From assembly GCA_011109175.1 (NCBI GenBank), contig RDEW01000001.1, forward strand, positions 988,784 through 1,052,783: a stretch of 64,000 bases of DNA. Direction: 5' to 3'. This document shows, in pieces, positions 37,124-49,800 of this stretch (its first letter is position 1; each line of letters begins with the position of its first letter). The position numbers and the translations under genes were made by a program. The notes under the pieces are model-generated. The model saw nothing but the letters and a program-made list of their open reading frames with translations. It had not been told where the DNA came from and did not search any database. This stretch comes from Dicyema japonicum. Its lineage: Eukaryota > Animalia > Dicyemida.

Positions 37124-38206
37124 ATGTCGATTTTACGTAGTTTCGTAACTTTGCGTATATTTCAGTGTAATTTCCCGTTCAATTGTCACATGTATTATTA
37201 TAATGACGAGCTACAAAACCATCTCGAAAATTATCCCGTGAATGAGTATTGGGAATACTACTTGGATTATTCCCCCGAAACCCAGATTATTCCCTGTAAA
37301 TGCTCTCAATGTAAACTTAATGACCCTTTTAATGCAATTTACTCTCAGAACTCATATGATTACTTGAATTACAACCCTGGTTTTAATGTCAACTCAAATG
37401 AACTTTATTACCAACAAGAAACCGACAATTTCGGCANTATCGAAAATTATACGACTCCCTTGAATGAGCATTGGGAAAACTACTTGGATAATTCCCCCGA
37501 AACCCAGATTATTCCCTGTAATTGCTCTCAATATAAATTTAATGACTTCTTTAATGCAGTTTACTCTCAGAACTCATATGATTACTTGAACTACAACCCT
37601 TTGTTTAATTTCAACACGCATGAACTTCATTACCAACAAGAAACTGACAGTTTCGCCACACAGGATAGTAATGGTTCAGTCTCGAGTTGCGCCTTTCAAT
37701 CAATCGGATCACTATTCCAGGATGACAATCGTTATGAAATAGAAAATCCACAGTCAGATATTTATGATTTTGCCATAAATTTTAAGAAAGAACGTGAAAA
37801 ACTAGGCTATTCACAATCAAAAATCGCCATGTTAAGTGAGAAGAATGGGTACCCAATTAGTCAATCGACGATTTCTAGGTTTGAGTGTGGAAAAAAAACC
37901 TTTATATACATGAACAAACTCAGGGATATTTTTTCTAATATTTTGCAACTACTAATGAGGGATGGTCCCTCTAAAACAAAGATTAAGTCGTCCAAGTATA
38001 TAGTCCTCAGGAGAAGGAAATTTTTTCACCGAGATATCAAAGAGACGTTAGAGAACATGTTTAGTAAGAACATTTATCCTTCAAAATTGAAGATTCGAGA
38101 AGTTGCGAGAACCTTTAGTTTTCCGGAGCATAGTGTAAAAACGTGGTTCAGTAGAAGAAGGTTTAAAATGAAAAAATTTAATAAAAGACTAAATTTAATT
38201 TTGTAA
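37124..38206 (+). CDS. divergent intronless POU-domain homeobox protein
   Basis: POU-specific FAINFKKEREKLGYSQSKIA..ISQSTISRFE..MNKLR; homeodomain RRRKFF..LENMFSKNIYPS..VKTWFSRRRFK. The N-terminus contains a duplicated block across N 37437. Start codon may be 37124 or 37190. Confidence 0.85.
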   Translation: MSILRSFVTLRIFQCNFPFNCHMYYYNDELQNHLENYPVNEYWEYYLDYSPETQIIPCKCSQCKLNDPFNAIYSQNSYDYLNYNPGFNVNSNELYYQQETDNFGXIENYTTPLNEHWENYLDNSPETQIIPCNCSQYKFNDFFNAVYSQNSYDYLNYNPLFNFNTHELHYQQETDSFATQDSNGSVSSCAFQSIGSLFQDDNRYEIENPQSDIYDFAINFKKEREKLGYSQSKIAMLSEKNGYPISQSTISRFECGKKTFIYMNKLRDIFSNILQLLMRDGPSKTKIKSSKYIVLRRRKFFHRDIKETLENMFSKNIYPSKLKIREVARTFSFPEHSVKTWFSRRRFKMKKFNKRLNLIL

Positions 38207-39299
38207 TTTTTTGTAAATTAAATAAGTTTTATTTGACCCATTAAAAATTTGAGTTGTTTATGCAAATACACGTCGTTCTGGTCAATTTGATTAGATACAC
38301 TCTTGCTTTTATGTTTCGATGATTTGGTAACCAACGGCATAAAATAGGAGATAATATAAGACCAGTTAGGTAAGTGATTAATTGGCCTGAAGGTAGGGGT
38401 CGTTACGTACTCGTATCGTTTCTTCTTCTAGCTTCGGGAGACGGTAATAGACTTGGGAGACGTTGGAAATACGATGTTCTGAACAAGGGAACATACAAGA
38501 AGAATACACACTCAAATTTCGTTTAGCCTAAAATTGATAGAACTCAGAGGACTATCAGTCAGAATCTGCACATAATCTATATACTTATTTAAGCTTAAAT
38601 GTTGTATATGTGTGCCACCATAACTCGCGGATATATGGACGGATTTTAATTTAAAAAAAGTTTCGAACAAATAAAAACATTGTCGAAAAAGTGAGTAAAC
38701 CAGATATAAAGAATGATCGATCATCATCCTGTCAAGTGGCATGACTCCAATGCTAATTTCAAAATCTTTTCATTATAATAATTTCAGTGAACTAATACAA
38801 GATCCTAGAGATTCCGGAGATATGTGACAATGGTAGACAGCCAATGTGGGTAAAACAATCTAATCTTGATTTTTAAACTAATAATTTAAACACTTCTTAC
38901 AAATGCAATAATAAAATACTTATTTCAAGTCTCCTAAACACTTTAAATAAAGATAAGACACCTGAGTTGTCGTGTCACATATATACATACAACATTGAGC
39001 TTTAATAAGTATAAAGTCCGGGCTGTGGAGGTCCTAGAAAAAACTAGCGTCGTTTGTCAAATAATCGAATCTTTAAGCAGGCCCTCGGCAGCAGCTAGTA
39101 TTGCATAAATGCAAAAATTAAAACTAATTATGTTCTAATTGGCTGGCTCATCCAAGATTCGATTCAAACCTTAGTATATCCCTGTCTAATTCTTTACTTG
39201 CTCTGAGTTCAAAAAGGATATTTTTAATTTAAACACCACGACCACCAAGAAAGATATGTTAAGCGTACTTATTAAGTGATCCTAAAATTCAACATCTCC

Positions 39300-40470
39300 C
39301 AAAATCTTCTTGAATGTTCTGCCAGTGTCCTCCGAAAGTGAATTTCTTTATGCACGATCGAAATTCCTCTGCATAAGCAACCTTTGCTCCGAATGGGTTT
39401 CTTACTTCATTGTAAAGACGTAAGAATCAAAGCGGTAGTTCGAATTGGATCCAGCCAGATTTATCGAAAAAAATGTTGAGTGTTTTTCAACGGCAGTGCT
39501 CAGCTCTCGTCAAAAGCTCTTACGAAGTTCATTTCCGTAAAACAAGTGTTATTCCGTATAAAAAAAGAAGTCATGTCAGGTGAAAATTCCTGAGGAAGAA
39601 TACAGTGGTAGTCCAGGATTTTTAAATTCAATGTGGTTAGTCGAACGAATACATTTTTCTCTTCTAGGAGAGTTGAAATATTACTGCCATATAGAGGAGA
39701 GCCGAAAAAATTGCGTTTTCGAGTCGGATGACCGAGACATTTTGGAGATAAGTAGAAATCGTAGCCACTGCATAGTAACGTTGTTCTCTCCGTAAGCACC
39801 GTTAATGATATTACATTTATACGGAATCGGTTCTAACCCAAATGTTGCAAGTGCAGAGATGGCGGACTCGACCTCTTCGATCACAATTTCCCAATTCCCT
39901 TCGACGGTCGCATTATCCAAATATAATAAGTTCTGTGGAGTTCCGATTGCTGATGCTGCACAATCGATGTCAAAGGCAGAGAGCGGACTGAAAGGAAAGT
40001 TCCGGATTGAGTTGATTACTGCCTCGCATCCATGAGGAATCCCAACCTAAGTTGAGTAGGGCTCAGTGAGGCTTATATTCTTGCTTGGTGCTCTGAATCT
40101 TTACCGTCAGTCGCCTAAATACGTTTCCTATAGCAATGGGTCTTAACCCATCAAAAGACTTTCTGAAGACGATCAGTTAAATGCGAAAAGGGGTCCTCTA
40201 GCATAGTCGGTGATATCATCCCGAAGAATGCGGCCTGTGTGGGTCTTTAATAAGGAAGCTCCTCACATCGGCAGTTGTGACAGAAGCAAGGTCTTTCATA
40301 TGGCTCAACGTAGGACGTCCAGACCAGCACTGCTGCTTCCTGGAATGATAAAATATCAAATCCTGGATGATGATGGCGAATGATCACCGATCGAAAGACT
40401 TTCCAATGAAGTCTCCAGGTTAACAGTTTCGTATTTAGAGGCATTTCTCTTTTTTAAGCCTTTTCACGAG
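39300..40470 (-). mobile_element. CRE-like RT domain, decayed
   Basis: GLRPIAIGNVFRRL, VGIPHGCEAVI, YLDN (YLDD-like) ..GLEPIPYKC, FGSPL. Confidence 0.75.
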
Positions 40471-40479
40471 AGCCATAGT

Positions 40480-41250
40480 ATTTATAGCTCCGCATAGGCA
40501 GGACACACACTTTACTTAAGTAAATAACAGTTAATTTTAACTAATCGTAGAACCAAGGAATGATCTTCACTTCTTTTTTTCTTTTTCTTGTGTGAGTGTC
40601 TTTTCTAGACAATCCAGTCCGCAGTGAGTATCCACTGATGACGGCGTCACTCGTCAAACCTTTTCTGCATCGTGATCCGTGGAACTTTCCATCAGGTGAA
40701 CAACAGCGAGAATCGAACCCGTAACCTAAGCCACCTTAGCACGACACCTAACCACTATGCCACCCGGCATTTTTCTTGATGATTGAATTGAGGTTCCCTT
40801 CTTTCAACTCGGTTGGAAGTGATCCAGTACAAAAGATGCAAAGTATAGAAGGCACATCAGGCATCTTGAGTATTTTCACCGACTACCCTGATGATTAGCT
40901 TTAAAGACAGGAGGCACCTTGGTATCCTGAGTGGGATAACCATCTCCGACACAAGCCAATTCAAACGGCGAGGCCATTCAATTGAGTTTGATAGTTTTAG
41001 GACAGGTACAGATGAGGGCTACCTGCTGTCATTCCTAAGGCATGAAGGGCATGACCAATTTGGAGATTTAGTGCTGTTCTTCTTGTTAGCTTATAGCGCC
41101 CAAGGTGTCCAAAATATGGGCAACGGGAACGTTGAATACCGAATTTCTTCATCAAGATTCTTGCATGAACTGCATTATACTTTCATCAAGATTTCTTGCA
41201 TGAATTTCTGAAAGCAAATGAATTGAGTCAAGACCAAAAACATGTGTTAG
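40480..41250 (-). mobile_element. non-LTR RT N-terminal fragment interrupted by the tRNA SINE
   Basis: KILKM..TGSLPTELKEGNLNSIIKK, resuming after the SINE with a YRPI-like segment. Confidence 0.5.
40591..40769 (-). mobile_element. tRNA-derived SINE
   Basis: Head GCCGGGTGGCATAGTGG (A box) .. GGTTCGATTCT (B box); candidate 9 bp TSD TTTTTCTTG at 40582-40590 and 40770-40778. Confidence 0.75.
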
Positions 41251-41654
41251 TCAGAGTTTAAATGCTGTCGTGTAACGATGTTAGTATGTGTCTGTAGGAT
41301 CCCTATAGTCAATCTCTAGTAAAACTATTTGATACAATGTAGACACTCACGTAAAGAAACGCTAGTATTCGATCTCCCAATTATCTCCAATGGATAGTAA
41401 AGAGTAGGAGATGTTACCACTTTTCATGTCTTTCAATAGAAATCTTTCCTTTTCCATTTGAGACGTCATAGCAGACTCCAAATTCCCAATTCTTCAGATC
41501 TACAGAGAGAACAAGACCACCGTGGAAAAAGACTAATCGGAAAGACGAATGATTTCTACGATGACTTGCTTGACTTAAGGCTTCTGTCTTCTTTGAACAT
41601 GAGTATTCTCGTAAACGGCATCATCTTGTTGGAGAACCTTTAAGGATATACTCG

Positions 41655-41878
41655 TTTACAGGTTCACCAAGGTAACCAAACTAACTACTCTTTGATCCTG
41701 ACTCGTTCCAGCGTTCCAGAAGCTGTCTTCAGGCAACGACAATGTCCCCCGGAATAGTTGGATCCTCTTGATGCCGGCGCATTAGGCGTCTCCTCAGTAA
41801 GGTGGATCTGTGACCCCATCGGAGGAAGGAAAATAATTATTTACCAACTAGCCACATAGCACCACATGGGGCACGCGG
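41655..41878 (-). mobile_element. short non-autonomous element: pseudoknot head + family A LINE tail
   Basis: Core at 41758-41817; tail GGATCAAAGAGTAGTTAGTTTGGTTACC. Confidence 0.82.
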
Positions 41879-41879
41879 C

Positions 41880-42260
41880 AACTAAGAAATTGTATAAAAA
41901 TTTATTACTCATTTGGCAGTCAAAAGACAAAAAAGTGAAAATAAAGATATACAACTCATTATTACTACCAATACAGAAGTACAATAGTGGAACCTGGGGG
42001 TTCTTAAAAGCTATCACAGATCACAACTACGGAAAGCACTCTATTTACCAAATGAAAAAATCAAAATCGGATTATTTATAACTGTAGCAAATCTCACAAA
42101 CTATCGCTAGATGAAATCAAGATGGAGGCTCGTTGGCCATATCCTACAAATGGAAATAGATACTCCTGCAAATATTGCAATTGAAACATACTTCGCGCAA
42201 TTCGGAGGAGCATTCCATGGGGGCCAATACTACACTATATCTATTTTGAACAGGAACTGA
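41880..42260 (+). mobile_element. RTE-like RT C-terminal fragment
   Basis: KVKIKIYNSLLLP..YNSGTW, then RWRLVGHILQMEIDTPANIA. Confidence 0.7.
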
Positions 42261-42299
42261 AAATATTGGAAAGAAACTTGAAAATAATATTTCAATTTA

Positions 42300-42560
42300 C
42301 GCATGGATTATTTTTATTCTTTGTGGACATATGAAGCGTTGTACGTGAACGGGATGTTTCTACAAATTCCTCCATAATGATGTTTGTTGGCGCATCTCGC
42401 TCCATTCTTAAAACAGTCTCCAGTGTGCTTCATGATCAGTATGCTCAGAGGTCTAGACGAGCATCTTTTGTACAATTTTTCAATCTTTAAACGCATTGGA
42501 TACTTCAGTCCCAAGAGAAACCTAAGTTTCTCTCTATGAAAGGAGTGGTCTCTTTCCATC
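42300..42560 (-). mobile_element. RTE-like fragment
   Basis: FHREKLRFLLGLKYPMRL..KLYKRCSSRPLS; the same motif (LYKRCSTRPISLEVLESRWKL) occurs at 44235-44305 (+). Confidence 0.65.
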
Positions 42561-42659
42561 AGTATTCGATTAGAGTTACGGAGCGATGGATTTATGGAAA
42601 GGTCACATGCCTCTGGAATTCCTAATCCGTAACAACCGAAGGATGCGCCCATGTGACTA

Positions 42660-42790
42660 CGAGCAACTAGTTACACGGCCGATATTGCTTGTGTAGGCTC
42701 ATGGGAGGAGCATCGGGCCAAATTGAGGTATCTGTTGGAACGATACTAGATTAGTAGTTAGTTTTGTGTCACCCTAGTCATTGGAATTCT
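42660..42790 (+). mobile_element. family A LINE 3' end
   Basis: ACVGSWEEHRAKLRYLLER plus the tail TAGTTAGTTTTG. Confidence 0.65.
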
Positions 42791-43829
42791 TCACTTCATT
42801 CCAATAACGTCAGGATGCTAAGTGGCTTGACTGGCATACCTGTATCAATGATCTTTGTTTAAATCGAAGGTTTTACTATGCCCTTTGCTTTACTTTTTTT
42901 TGGCGTCAAGTGAACTACCTGTCTCGAGCATGCTCCCAGTTCCAGGAAGATATAAATAAAGATCATTTGCTCTCCTCTATTTAATTGAGTATTTCTTGGA
43001 GCGGTTCTTACTTCTCCGTTATAAAAAGGGTTCTGTGCTCGAAAAGCCTTGTCTTTCTCTTACAGTGGCCGGAGAAACTGGCTGGTTCTAACTTCACGGT
43101 GAACCCGGGGTTAATAAAATTAGTATGCCACAAGGTAATACATCAAACTAATCACCACGGATTTAGAATGCTCGAGTTACACCGAGAAATGCAAACAGAT
43201 AAATCTGTCGACATAGACTCCTTTTTAAGATTTAAGGGAATTTCAAAAGCATATAAATCCGACCACATCTATTAAAAAACTGGATTATATTAAAAACTCA
43301 TTCCATCGAAAAACATCTGCAGACCGAAATCAAGTTACAAAAATTATTAGACTGATCATTTCAGTTTAAAGCATATTCTATGCTATTTTCCTCGAATATT
43401 AATATCTGTTTTCCAACTGAGTTTTAACATTCTAAAATGTCTCATTTTGATCGGCAACTTCTATATTAAGCTTTAATTTTTTAGTACTCATAGTGAGTCG
43501 GAGGTTATTTAATGAAATTTATGTTTTTTTTGTAATCAATAATCCTGAATTAACTATTTAATCGTGAATTACTCAATTTCTCCTTGAAAATCAATGATCG
43601 ATGTGGATCTTGGAATAGAGTCGGAGAGTTTATATTCGAAGGACATAAGCAAATTTTCTACGGAGATTACTGAGTTCTTCGAGAAGAGCGCGATGTCGCA
43701 CCTGGTGGGAGATCTAACGCGAAGAACGGAAGCTACTGATGCTATAAAACAAAACGGGATGGAAGACGGATAGATATGATCAACAGAGAGATATTTGGTC
43801 TCAAGATAACATATTTACAACTGTTGGAA

Positions 43830-44090
43830 CCATCTTCCCTTTTGAAGCCGAGAAACCTTGTGTCTAGAACGTCACCTGCACCAACACGTACGCGTTCCTA
43901 TTCAATGATTTTTTGTTTTTTACATTCGCGGCTAAAACGTGTGGTTCCCTTGTGCCTGAGCTACACGATCAGGAGACTCCCTGTGCGTTCCTGGTTATTT
44001 GAGTGATTCTCGCTCGCCATCCTGAGAAGGAGTAGCCATTCAGTCAGGGAGGTCTCTATATGACCATTTGCTCATTTTTTTCTGTAATAA
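43830..44090 (+). mobile_element. CRE-like 3' fragment with internal deletion
   Basis: PFEAEKPCV..VTCT; TTCTCGCTCGCCATCCTGAGA matches 32430-32450. Confidence 0.7.
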
Positions 44091-44399
44091 ATCGTTCAAA
44101 AGAAAAAAAATCGATTATTATTTGTGATTGACCCTAAAAAAAGTTAAAAAATATAAATTATTTTTTTCACTTACATGTTCCACAGAAGTCAGCTGAGAAA
44201 AATAACAGGAACTACTTGGCCTACGAGAATATCGAGAAATGCTTTATATAAGAGATGCAGCACTAGACCTATCAGCTTAGAAGTACTGGAATCCCGATGG
44301 AAGCTCTAAAAAGAGCGAAGTTGAGACTGTTATGGGATTGATAGAATGGCTCTCATATAAAAATTAAATTAATTAAAATAATGACTGAAAAGATATGGA

Positions 44400-45590
44400 A
44401 GATGGTAGTGGCGCAGAGATGGAGAGACGAAACTTCAAAAGTGGACATCAAAAACCTATCCTTTTGGAAGAGCTATAAAAATCTTCCTAGGACGGATGCA
44501 AATAAGATTTTCTTGGAAGATTTAGATGGAAAAGCATACTCTTGAAGGATGTTTACAAAATATTAAAGAATTATAGTGAGAAAATTCAAGGCGTTGACCT
44601 TATGAACTCAATCCCATACAATCAGACAAAGGATTCACTTGAGCTTAACAAATATTCTTTGGACGGACTCGGAGCTGTTGAGAAGGAGATCACAGTGTGG
44701 GTGATCAAGATGGAAATTAAAGAATGCAAGGCCAATGCATCGGGTTTTGAATTCATTAGATATTCAAGGAAGGACCGGAGGACTTACTATTTGTTCTACA
44801 ACATCTATACAACGCAAGCATCAAGTGTGGATATGTTCCGGATTGGTGGAAGAACTCTGTAGTTAAGATAGTCGGTCCTCAAACCTGGTAAATCGAGGAG
44901 GCCCCCTCTAATCTATTGACAGATCATCTCATGCTAGACTTCGAAGTCTTTTTGTCACAGCTGGTGTCGGTAAATGCTCCGAAATACCTATTTATATTAT
45001 TGAAAGAATTCTTGACGGAAGAAAGTCGCACGTGAAAGTTGAGGAGTTTTTATCAGAAGGCGTCCACGGGACTCGGTATTGAGTTCAATTCTATTCAATA
45101 TTTTTATGTCGAATTTTCATGTGACGAGAGTGCAGTCACTCCGTTAGGAGCTATAATCGACCACGAAGGCACATTTTTTAATGGCATTAAAAAAAGAAGG
45201 AAAAAAGACTCCAAACTATTATATGTACACGCAAAATAAGAGTCAACAAGGAGACCTTCATGTATATTTATCTTCATGGGGTAATTCTGCCTAACTTACT
45301 ACATGGATGTGAGAGGCAGTGCTTCTCAACTAAGAAGATAAGGAGAGAAGCAATCAAGTTAGCGGTGGACGGGAGATTATTTGTTGACCTGAGCGAGGAA
45401 GAGGATAATCTACTTTAACCGATAAAGCATGTGGTGGAGGACAGGATCAATCGCATCCGTGTGAGAGCCGAGATCGTGTACACAAACCAACAAGTGTGGA
45501 CCACTAATGAGAAGAGGGAACTGCGGAAATGTCCAGACCTCGAGGCAGTGCTAAATTATGCCCTCCAACAAACTCCAAATGGTTTTAATT
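44400..45590 (+). mobile_element. decayed APE-type LINE RT region
   Basis: GYVPDWWKNSVV..KPGK; SEGV(P)QG SVLSSILFNIFMS; ILPNLLHGC. Confidence 0.65.
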
Positions 45591-45649
45591 AACATAACTA
45601 ATAGAAAGCTATAAACTGTAACTAAAGTGAACCCTCATTAATAGTTTCC

Positions 45650-46030
45650 TTGTCGATGTAATAATCTTCACAAGGAATGACGATTTCATTCTCGTTGAGC
45701 ATTTATATTTGAGTTATTTCTTCTTCATAAGCGAGTTCTTCCAGTTCTTTTCGGTACTCATTCTTGGATGATGTCTCAGTAGCAAAGGAATCAAGACATT
45801 TAATTGCCCCTGTACCATAATGGCAGCCTTTCATGAATTCACAAAAAATTCTTTTTCCGAGTGAAGGGCTTCCATATAATCCAAAAAAGCCTTTTCTATA
45901 ATAATGCTTAAATATCTTGATTATGCTTGCATCCATTGGTGGAACAGTTGTGTCTTTGGGAGGAATAAAATTTCAATTTTCAAAATATTTAAAGAAAATT
46001 GAAAAGAAAGTCCAGTTTCATCCACGTTTA
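45650..46030 (-). mobile_element. Tigger DDE_1 C-terminal fragment
   Basis: (P)MDASIIKIFKHYYRK. Confidence 0.65.
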
Positions 46031-46035
46031 GTAAT

Positions 46036-46500
46036 ACAGTCAACACTCTCTATAATGAACCCTCTCTATAGTGATCATATTAATGCAATTCACAATAACA
46101 AAAATTAGTAATTGTCATTGATATATTAATTATAAAATGAATACCACTTTTAAAAATGTATAATATCATTAATTTAAATATTTTGGTGTTCACTATTAAA
46201 GAATAGTGAACGTCAAATGCTTGTGAAAATATAAATATATATGTATATTTAAAATTATTTAAAATGAATAAATTACACGTTTTACAATAGTTAGCATGGT
46301 ACAACTCGAAAACGCTTATTATTTTTTTAAAAGAAAGAAATCATAGAATTTTTTAATAAACATGACATTACACACAGTGTGATTTAGCTCTTTATTTCAA
46401 TGTTTCTCTTGGCTGCATAAACAAAATTTTGAAAAATTCTGAAGGATTATATAGTTTTCAAGATGATCAATAAAAGAATTGTGGTTTACAGAGTGTATGG
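46036..46500 (+). mobile_element. Tigger-like 5' end (TIR + HTH_psq remnant)
   Basis: TA|CAGTCAACACTCTCTATAATGAA; K..IIEF..LALYFNVSLGCINKILKNSE across frameshifts. Confidence 0.6.
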
Positions 46501-47369
46501 CGACATTCGTTTATTTTCAGTGATCCACTACTTTATCACTATAGTCCTTTTTGGATAGTCGAGACAACTGCTTTGTCGATGAAATGGATGGGATTTGCCG
46601 TAAGAATAAGATTGTCAATCTCCCCTTTATTTTCTCGATTTGTGACATATGGCGTTGTCCTATTTTTCGAGCGAGAATTGAACTCAGAAGTTAGTTTGTT
46701 TAAAATTATTTTTTCACGTTCAAAAGATTCAAAATAATTGTCGATTCCTTATCTTCCGCATGAAACAAATTCGGCATCCTTTAGTGTCTCTTTATCCTTT
46801 TTATAAATTTTTCCTACATATCTTTAATTTCGAAGTAAAAAACGGAGAAATTCAGAAAGAATCCCAATCTCATGGATTTAGGGCACTCAGGTATCCGACA
46901 GACACGTCGAACCATTCGAATAATCTGATTTGCTTCTTCTATAATCTCTAGGAAATACAAGACCTCATACTTTCCTTCTTCTTGCATTCTTTAGTGACCT
47001 CTACTTTGTATCGCAAAAGTCGGCCATCGTCTTACAACAGAAAACCATAAATTTAACAGAAAATAATTCTTAGTCAAGAAAGTAACTCACAGAGACTAAA
47101 GCATAAACAACAGTTACTTCATCGCAGACTGTTCACATGCGGTTTTTCTCCTCTGTAGTCATTTCTTGTATCATAGAACTCATCACTTTATCATTTCTCC
47201 ATGTTTCGTAGAATGGAGGTAAGTATTCTGTACGAGTACCTGAGTTCAAAGAAAATTATTGAAAGACACGTAGAAAAACTTTTCTTCTTCAGTCAATGAG
47301 CGAGAATTGTCTGATTTTATCACTTCTCTTAGGATATTTGTAATATAGATACGACTGAAATTGTCTAGT

Positions 47370-47560
47370 GTGAGGATGCGCCCTCGTTGATTGTTTGTGG
47401 GTTCACTAGACCAAGATGAGGACTTTGATGCAACCCATCGGGATTACGCGATAGTTAGTTTGGTTTTACCATGTATATAGGCTGCAAAGACGACAGATCA
47501 TTTGCTCTCCTCTCATTCCACCGGAGGGGTACCCACAACTGCAAGGACTTGATGTTTTAT
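47370..47560 (+). mobile_element. family A LINE tail directly followed by the 3' half of a pseudoknot head
   Basis: GGGATTACGCGATAGTTAGTTTGGTTTTACC, then AGATCATTTGCTCTCCTCTCATTCCACCGGAGGG matching 60861-60905. Confidence 0.65.
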
Positions 47561-48329
47561 TTTTTTGTTAATTATGGATGCTATAGTGTGTGGTACTGGG
47601 AGGTATGTCTATTTATGTGACCGTGGACCTTCGGGCTGTCTTCGTTTGAACCCTAGCTCGCTCCTATAAATCTCTGTCGTAGAACATGAGAATTCAAGCA
47701 CTGAATGATACCTTTTCGTTCTATGTTGATTATCAATGAAATCACTCCAAATGAATGATTGATCCTCCTTCTTGGTTTACCAAATCGCCATTATTCAATG
47801 CACTCACCTGAGAACATCACTCGACATTGATAGTAGATCAGTACAGATCTATGATAAATTTGCACCGATCAATATTAAATTTGTCCCGATTAACATTAGT
47901 TCGGTACCGATCAATAAATTTTATTAATAATCACTTTTGAGAGATGAATAACCAATCCACCCCATAGTGCTCTAATAGAAACATTTTCCGTGGTTATCAC
48001 CGATACTGCATGCAATGTAGACAATCAATAAAAACATCATATCATTGAGTCATCACAAGCATCTCTTGCATCTTCTGCTTTCTAGACATCTTCCCCAATA
48101 GGTAAAAAATCAAGAAACAAGGAATTCACCATCTAACTAAAAATTTCTGCAACCAAAAATGAAGTTCTATTTCCTGCCAAACGATACTCACCTCTCAGAC
48201 ATCCAAATTGAATAAACCTCGTGAACAAATACCAAAAGCCTAACCTCCAACTAACAAAGCTAGTAAACACCCCATTACCCCATATTAAGCTAGGGCACAA
48301 ATAACAACTTATACACAATCAACATAAAA

Positions 48330-48789
48330 AAACAACTCGAATAGGTAAGGAAAATAATCATATGTTTTTTTAAGAGCCTCAGTATTAACCTGAATTTGAA
48401 CATTACGCTTCATGTAATACGGAAGTCTGTTGTAAACACGTGTCCCCTTCTCTAAAATATATATAGCAATCAACTGATGTCAGCCGAAGGATGCTCATCA
48501 AAGTAATCCGCCGTATTTATAGACTCAGTCGCAAATGTCATGTCACCTTCCGTGTCTTGGGACTCCTTCACCATTTTCAGCTTAGAACTCGATCGAAGAG
48601 GTTTTACAGCCTCCAACACTGACACACAAGCACCTTTGAGGTCTTAGACGTCATCTCGTCAGAATCACTCGATACATCATAGTCTGGCTTCTCAGTGTAC
48701 TCCAAAGCCTCAACCGCATCTGTGACTTTTATGCCCTCATGGTCAATTGTAGTTTTGTCGCTCTTACTTGTTTTGGTTTGTTTACCCAT
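48330..48789 (-). pseudogene. gene-like fragment of unknown product
   Basis: ATG at 48789 after an AT-rich stretch; intron-like GT..AG segments, but no consistent open model. Confidence 0.3.
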
Positions 48790-49614
48790 TTGTTATAAAC
48801 TATCACAATAAGCACTACAGAAAACAATTTTTAACCCGCCGAATATTATTTTAATAATTTAAATGATAAATTTTTATTTTATTCATCATTAATATTAATT
48901 TTGATTAAAATGTGCATTACCATAAGAGATTAGCGAAAAGCGTTCTCGACCAATTTCTCTTCAATTTGGACCGTGGGGATTCGACCCCAGACATTACTGC
49001 ATCCGACGCATTCATATTTCCTAGAATTCGCATATTCAATGTCTTCTGAGTACATTAAGAAGGCGAGAGAATATCCCCACCTAGAGGAGATAAAGATATT
49101 TAGTGTACTAGAGCTATATCACGGCTCAACCTTCCGACTAATCAACTACCAAACTATCTGCTCATGTCTTAATTTCGTTTTATAAATCTCAATTTTAGTG
49201 GTTTTACCCTTGGTTTTTGGAATAATTTTATTTCATCAAAAGGATGCAAAAAAGATTGGGTGAGCTATGGAACATGGCCAATAAGCTTGGGTCCTTACTT
49301 GGAGACAGTGAGGAGATTGTTACCTCTCAACGCTGCTCTAAATGAAACTAAAAAGTGACAGAACACAACCAAGTGTATCATTCCGGCTAAGGGTATATAA
49401 CACTTTTTTATCAGTTTTATTGTACAGTTTGTCAACGTGGGGGATGTCCGAGGATAATCAAGTATAGATAAACTCATTTAATCGAAGGGAGCTCAGGACA
49501 TTATTCGGACTGAATTGTTAAAAGAAAATGACGAGGAAGCTTTATATAATGTTGATCCCCGGCCCGAGATGACTGATTTGAGATGAAGGCTCTACATATA
49601 TTGGAATGGAAATG

Positions 49615-49800
49615 GATGCCCACCATTGTGGGATGTCTTCGTTCATTCCTTGATTAACTATCATAGCCTATGTTCCTTCTCTTCTCTTCTCTAAGAGAAC
49701 TCGTGTGATTCTCTTGTCTCAGCGGGTGATTGTGGCATGGGTACACGAAAAGATTATTTGCTCTCCCCTGCTCCACTGGATGGGCCCCAAAACTTCAAAG
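49615..49800 (+). mobile_element. degenerate pseudoknot-head copy
   Basis: GTGTGATTC..CACGAAAAGATTATTTGCTCTCCCC parallels 60811-60880. Confidence 0.5.

Noticed and set aside
41835-41878. tRNA origin for the head+tail elements (A-box-like TGGCTAGTTGG)
   Set aside because: No B box or cloverleaf follows; an A-box-like match alone is insufficient.
48950-49010. tRNA gene on the minus strand
   Set aside because: Only a T-arm-like 3' half (GGGGTCGAATCCCC); no D arm or acceptor pairing.
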